Of a DNA stretch of 62,858 nt, positions 58,481 to 62,858 are shown piece by piece (the stretch's first letter is position 1; every line of letters begins with the position of its first letter). Made by a program: the position numbers and the translations under genes. Under the pieces are notes generated by a model that was given only the letters and a program-made list of their open reading frames with translations, did no database searches and was not told the DNA's origin. This stretch comes from a virus (Duplodnaviria > Caudoviricetes): IMG/VR virus record IMGVR_UViG_3300025131_005047, positions 1 to 62,858 of that record, one strand, 5' to 3'.

Positions 58481-59065
58481 ATGCGAATTGGAATAACAAT
58501 AAACGGTGTTTTACGTGATACTTTACAAAAAGTAATATCAACCTACAATCGATATAATGAAACAGAATTAAAAGTAGAAGAATTAGAAAGCCTAAATCTT
58601 TTAGAATACCTTAACTTTGAAACTGAGGAAGAGTTATTAGAGTGGATGTATGTCGAATGTCCTATGGAGATATTTGGTAACGGTGTTGCTTTAAGTGATA
58701 ATATATTTAATACTCTTAATACTTTTTATAAAGATTTTAGAGACGAACATGAACTTGTTATATTGTCTGAAGAAATAGAAAAATCTAAATCCGCTACTCT
58801 ATTTTTCTTGGCAAAATATGGTTGTCTTATAGATAATATTAAATTTTTTGGTTTAAATTCATTCTATAATAAGGCATGGGAAGATATTGATGTGTTATTA
58901 ACCACTGATTCCCAATTACTGTTACAAAAACCAGATAATAAAAAAAGTATAAAAATAGAAAATAGATTTAATAAAGAAATTAATTCAGACTTTACAATAA
59001 GTGAATTAGAACAAATATTTGATTTAAGCATATTTAAAAATGAAAAGGAAGAAATTACAGAGTGA
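58481..59065 (+). CDS. 5'(3')-nucleotidase-like HAD-fold protein lacking the catalytic aspartates
   Basis: MRIGITINGVLRD aligns with the usual I-G-I-D-I-D-G-V-L motif I. Confidence 0.55.
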   Translation: MRIGITINGVLRDTLQKVISTYNRYNETELKVEELESLNLLEYLNFETEEELLEWMYVECPMEIFGNGVALSDNIFNTLNTFYKDFRDEHELVILSEEIEKSKSATLFFLAKYGCLIDNIKFFGLNSFYNKAWEDIDVLLTTDSQLLLQKPDNKKSIKIENRFNKEINSDFTISELEQIFDLSIFKNEKEEITE

Positions 59066-59354
59066 ACTAAGTAATCTACAATTAGATATCGTAGGTGTCC
59101 CAATGTATGTGGATGTCGATGAATTCATAAATTTAGTTACCACACATAGTACTAAAAAAGACGATGACGACTCTTTACAGATAAATGCACCTAAATATGA
59201 AATCTTAAGATTGCTGTTGGATGTTGTTTTGAGTGATAACGAAATAGTAGATGATACTCTAGGTATTAGAGCTTTACGAAACTCAACAATTCCTTTTAAA
59301 TTAACTCTTAATACACTAATAAACTATAATATAATAAAAGAAATTAAAAATTAA
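59040..59354 (+). CDS. Hypothetical protein
   Basis: KYE...D-x-x-LG...IPFK...NTL; operon member. Confidence 0.65.
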   Translation: MKRKKLQSELSNLQLDIVGVPMYVDVDEFINLVTTHSTKKDDDDSLQINAPKYEILRLLLDVVLSDNEIVDDTLGIRALRNSTIPFKLTLNTLINYNIIKEIKN

Positions 59355-60430
59355 TGGAAAATTCAAACGAAAAAAATCCAAAAGAACAATTAGAAAAAGC
59401 TTTGAACTCTTTAAATGCTAAGGAGAACAAATTTTATTTTTTGGTGCAGGACACCAAAGGAGTGCAGCGAGCGTCTGTAGCTACAACCTATGAATTTGTT
59501 AAAATTTTAACAGAAGATGGGTATAACGCTTTTATTTTACATGAGAAGAATGACTATCATAGTGTTGGTGAGTGGTTGGGTGAAGAATATCCTTCCTTGC
59601 CTCACGCATCTATAGAATCGCAGGAACTATCGGTAGGGCCTGCAGATTTCTTAATCATACCAGAAGTATTTGGGCATGTATTAGACCAAACAAAAGAAAT
59701 GCCTTGTACTAGAATAGTATTTTGTCAGTCATATGATTACGTATTTGAAATGTTGCCTCCAGGATTTACATGGGGCATGATGAATGTAAGTAATGTAATA
59801 ACTACTGGGGAGGCACCTACAAAATTCTTAAACGGAATATTTCCTAACCTAGATATACAACAAATAAATCTAGGAATTCCAGAATATTTTATTCCTAGTG
59901 AGAAACCAAAAATGCCAGTAGTAACTATCCATACTAGAGAACCTAGAGAAACTATGAAAATAGTTAAATCTTTTTATGTTAAATTTCCTCAATTTAAATG
60001 GATTACATTTAGAGATATGAGAGGTTTGTCAAGAAGTGAATTTGCAAAAGCTTTAAGTGAGTCATGTGTTAGTGTGTGGGTAGATGATATTAGTGGCTTT
60101 GGGACATTTCCATTAGAATCTATGAAATGTGGTTCTCCAGTTATAGGTAAGGTTCCGCATTTAAAACCTGATTGGTTAACTGAAGACAATGGATTCTGGA
60201 CATTTGACCCCAACCAAATAATTGATGTTTTATCTTCTTACCTTAAAAATTGGCTAGAGGATGCTATACCCGCTGAATTATACCAAAAAATGGCTGAAAC
60301 AATTAAACCGTACAATATGGAAGACCAAAAAAGAAAAGTTTTAGAAACCTTTGGAACTTATCAAGAAGAAAAAACAAAACAGTTAGAAGTACAACTGAAT
60401 AAACTACAACCAGTAGAAGAAACAAAATAA
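59354..60430 (+). CDS. GT-B fold glycosyltransferase-like protein
   Basis: DFLIIPE...VWVDDISGFGTFPLESMKCGSPVIG. Confidence 0.75.
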   Translation: MENSNEKNPKEQLEKALNSLNAKENKFYFLVQDTKGVQRASVATTYEFVKILTEDGYNAFILHEKNDYHSVGEWLGEEYPSLPHASIESQELSVGPADFLIIPEVFGHVLDQTKEMPCTRIVFCQSYDYVFEMLPPGFTWGMMNVSNVITTGEAPTKFLNGIFPNLDIQQINLGIPEYFIPSEKPKMPVVTIHTREPRETMKIVKSFYVKFPQFKWITFRDMRGLSRSEFAKALSESCVSVWVDDISGFGTFPLESMKCGSPVIGKVPHLKPDWLTEDNGFWTFDPNQIIDVLSSYLKNWLEDAIPAELYQKMAETIKPYNMEDQKRKVLETFGTYQEEKTKQLEVQLNKLQPVEETK

Positions 60431-60438
60431 ATATAAAA

Positions 60439-61239
60439 ATGAAAGATATTACAGTTATAATTCCAATTAACGATATTGCTCAAACAAACTTTTCACAGTT
60501 GTTTGATACCGCAATAAAAAGTTTAAATACCCAAGCAACACAAGCAGAAAAAATAATAGTTGTACATTGTGAGTGTCCTGGTGTTGGACAATGGTTAGAT
60601 AATTATGATTTTGGTGAATTAGATGTCACTATTATTAAAAATACAGGAGACACAGATTTTTGTAGTCAGATAAATTTTGCCGCTGAAAAGGTAGAGACTA
60701 AATGGTTCTCTATTTTAGAATTTGATGATGAATATTCTAATATTTGGTTTAAAAATGTCAAAGAATATATGGATTCTTATACTGAGATTGGTATATTCCT
60801 TCCTTTAGTTTTAGATGTAGATGTTGAAGGAAACTTCATTAATTTTACTAATGAAGCTTGTTGGGCTATGAATTTCACAGAAAAGTTAGGGTATCTAGAT
60901 AATGGAGCTTTATTAAATTACCAAAATTTCCAAACTAGTGGAGCGGTATTTAAAACTGAAGATTTTACAAGTATCGGAGGGTTTAAACCTGGCATAAAAT
61001 TAACTTTTGTTTATGAATTTTTACTAAGAGCTACATATAATGATGTAAAAGTAATGACAGTACCTAAGGTAGGATATAAACATACAAACATGAGAGCTGG
61101 GTCTTTATTTTGGGAATATAAAAATAATGACAGGACTCAAATAGGTTCTGATGAAGCTAAATTCTGGATTGATACGGCTAAGAAAGAATATTTCTTTAAA
61201 GACGATAGAAATATAATATACGAAGAAAGTGTAAATTAG
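60439..61239 (+). CDS. GT2-like (GT-A) glycosyltransferase
   Basis: ITVIIPI, QINFA, ILEFDD, IGGFK, YEFLLR, GYKH. Confidence 0.75.
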   Translation: MKDITVIIPINDIAQTNFSQLFDTAIKSLNTQATQAEKIIVVHCECPGVGQWLDNYDFGELDVTIIKNTGDTDFCSQINFAAEKVETKWFSILEFDDEYSNIWFKNVKEYMDSYTEIGIFLPLVLDVDVEGNFINFTNEACWAMNFTEKLGYLDNGALLNYQNFQTSGAVFKTEDFTSIGGFKPGIKLTFVYEFLLRATYNDVKVMTVPKVGYKHTNMRAGSLFWEYKNNDRTQIGSDEAKFWIDTAKKEYFFKDDRNIIYEESVN

Positions 61240-61245
61240 GATATT

Positions 61246-61944
61246 GTGCCTAGAAAACCCACAAAAAAAATGTATTTCGGGGAACCTCAAGAGGCAGCGG
61301 TTAGAATGTTTTTGACCGCTACTACTTTTACTGAACGTAATGAGGTATATAGAAATTATTTATACCATCCTTTAAATAAGATGATTGAAAGTATAATTAG
61401 AAGATATAAACTCTATAGAAAGGGTCTGGTATTTGAAGATATTCATGCTGACACACTATCTTTTCTTATTACTAAAGCTGATAAATTTAAACCGGCAAAA
61501 GGAAAAAAAGCGTATTCTTATTTTGGGACTATCTGTAAAAATTATTTAATGGGTCAAATCATAAAAGACCAGAAAGAACAAAATAGGTCAATAGCTTATG
61601 AGGACATATCAACAAGTATGGAGAATGATGAAAGGTATGCTTATGTGGACCACGTAGAAACCGTAGCAACAACTGAAATAATCAAAAAATTAATAGATGA
61701 GATTGAATCTTTTATGTTAATTACACCACTAAATGAAAATGAAACTAAAATAGGATTTGCTTTAATAGATATTTTTAGTAATTACGAACAGGTTTTTGTA
61801 CACGGCAAAAGTAATAAATTCAATAAAAACCTTGTATTACTTTCACTTAGAGAAATGACAAACCTAACAACTAAAGAGATTAGAGCGGCCTTAAAAAAGT
61901 ATAGAAACATATATTCAGAACTTTCCAGTAAAATGCGTAATTAA
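61246..61944 (+). CDS. Late-transcription sigma factor (T4 gp55-like)
   Basis: Region-2-like KADKFKPAKGKKAYSYFGTICKNYL; 232 aa; GTG start. Confidence 0.75.
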   Translation: MPRKPTKKMYFGEPQEAAVRMFLTATTFTERNEVYRNYLYHPLNKMIESIIRRYKLYRKGLVFEDIHADTLSFLITKADKFKPAKGKKAYSYFGTICKNYLMGQIIKDQKEQNRSIAYEDISTSMENDERYAYVDHVETVATTEIIKKLIDEIESFMLITPLNENETKIGFALIDIFSNYEQVFVHGKSNKFNKNLVLLSLREMTNLTTKEIRAALKKYRNIYSELSSKMRN

Positions 61945-61992
61945 ATACCCCTCAAGGTATTTATGGTAATAAACCAAATAAAATTTTTTATC

Positions 61993-62364
61993 ATGCCTAG
62001 ACCAAAGAAAAAACAAATAACATTTAAAAAAGAAAGTGTTCTTGCTTTAATGCAAGAAATTTATAATGAATGTGTAGAACAAAGAAATACAGCAATTAGA
62101 ATACAAAATAAAATGTTAAGTTTTATGCAAGGACCTGAAGACTTACACTTATTGGGCCCTGTAATAAAAGAACAACAAAAAATAATTGATTCTGCTATAG
62201 AGAAAAAAATACAACTATCTAAATTACAAAGTACATTATTAAGTAAAAGTTTTGCCACCAACAAAGATTCAGCGTCATTAAGTATTGATGATAAAGAAGC
62301 TCTAAACGCATTACTCCAAGAGAAGGATGACGGAGATTCTACAACCAACCAATACGAAATATAA
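61993..62364 (+). CDS. Hypothetical coiled-coil protein
   Basis: Likely start ATG 61993 (MPRPKKKQ); TATTTATG at 61958-61965. Confidence 0.65.
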   Translation: MPRPKKKQITFKKESVLALMQEIYNECVEQRNTAIRIQNKMLSFMQGPEDLHLLGPVIKEQQKIIDSAIEKKIQLSKLQSTLLSKSFATNKDSASLSIDDKEALNALLQEKDDGDSTTNQYEI

Positions 62365-62858
62365 TGGCTGAAGATTCACAAGAAGGTAAAAAGAAAATTT
62401 TTCGAAGAATAGAAACCTTAGGGAACGTAGGAAAAGCTATTGATGCAAGTAAAGAAAAGGTGGAACTACAAAATCTAATGGGGTCCTATGACTCTATTAA
62501 TAAGAAGGATAGTAATATGTTAGAATACTTTCTAGATTTAATTCAGCTAACCGGAGGTAAGGATGCGGTTAAAAGAGCCAAAAAGAAAGTTATAAATAAA
62601 GTTACTACAGAATTTCGAGATGGCGTAAAAGATATCTTATTTGAAGAATTTTTAAGATTTACTAATTGTGATTTAGGTTTTGTGATTCCGTCTAATGATG
62701 CGTTCGCTGGCCCTGACACCAACCAAATTAGAGTAGATGTAAAAACTATAGACCCTTTTGGTATGCTTAAAGTGGACCCTAATACTAAAGTTGGTAGTTT
62801 TATGTATGAGGGGGAACCTTTAGCTCCTGGTTTTCCTTACTCCGCTAATAGAGAATTA
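62364..62858 (+). CDS. Hypothetical protein, truncated by the right edge
   Basis: TAATG overlap; MAEDSQEGKKKIFRRIETLG... appears open for 165 codons; absent from the ORF track. Confidence 0.7.
   Translation, partial: MAEDSQEGKKKIFRRIETLGNVGKAIDASKEKVELQNLMGSYDSINKKDSNMLEYFLDLIQLTGGKDAVKRAKKKVINKVTTEFRDGVKDILFEEFLRFTNCDLGFVIPSNDAFAGPDTNQIRVDVKTIDPFGMLKVDPNTKVGSFMYEGEPLAPGFPYSANREL

Noticed and set aside
40526-61239. Host O-antigen/capsule locus (prophage boundary or chimera)
   Set aside because: Interleaved with phage-type dut, exonuclease, phoH and gp55-like genes, similar composition, and no wzx/wzy/wzz or integrase.
1-62858. Stop-codon reassignment as in some Bacteroidota megaphages
   Set aside because: Genes are full length in code 11, and TAA, TAG and TGA all end genes at sensible positions.
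1-62858. CRISPR array, tRNA, rRNA, IS element, intron, intein or reverse transcriptase
   Set aside because: None recognised; intergenic gaps are short and the polymerase and helicase motifs are contiguous. A covariance-model scan was not run.

Overview
AT-rich 62.9 kb segment of a large (probably jumbo) contractile-tailed phage with T4-like morphogenesis genes, read in standard code 11. The host is most likely Bacteroidota (inference). From 1 to 40.5 kb: baseplate hub with an amidase-like domain, tube initiator with an OmpA-like insert, tape measure, tail chaperones, tube, sheath, neck and fibre genes, a family B DNA polymerase, a SNF2 helicase, and a nucleotide-enzyme cassette (HAD, deoxyribosyltransferase-fold, DeoC, P-loop kinase, HAD) between tube and sheath. 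From 40.5 to 61.2 kb: a + strand glycan locus (about 9 glycosyltransferases, 2 sulfotransferases, 2 methyltransferases, Gmd, Fcl/ColC, ColD, DegT, RmlB-like) followed by a gp55-like late sigma factor. Best candidates for undescribed biology: (1) a virion glycosylation system, because a [ST]-[GA]-x-T motif is repeated across structural proteins and nearly absent from enzymes; (2) a dNMP hydrolase/DeoC cassette whose proteins carry helical I/L-x-E leaders suggestive of head packaging; (3) a +1 (or -2) tail-chaperone frameshift at UUU_UUU_CGC; (4) a TATTTAT late-promoter motif. All protein calls come from motif recognition by eye; no database searches were run.
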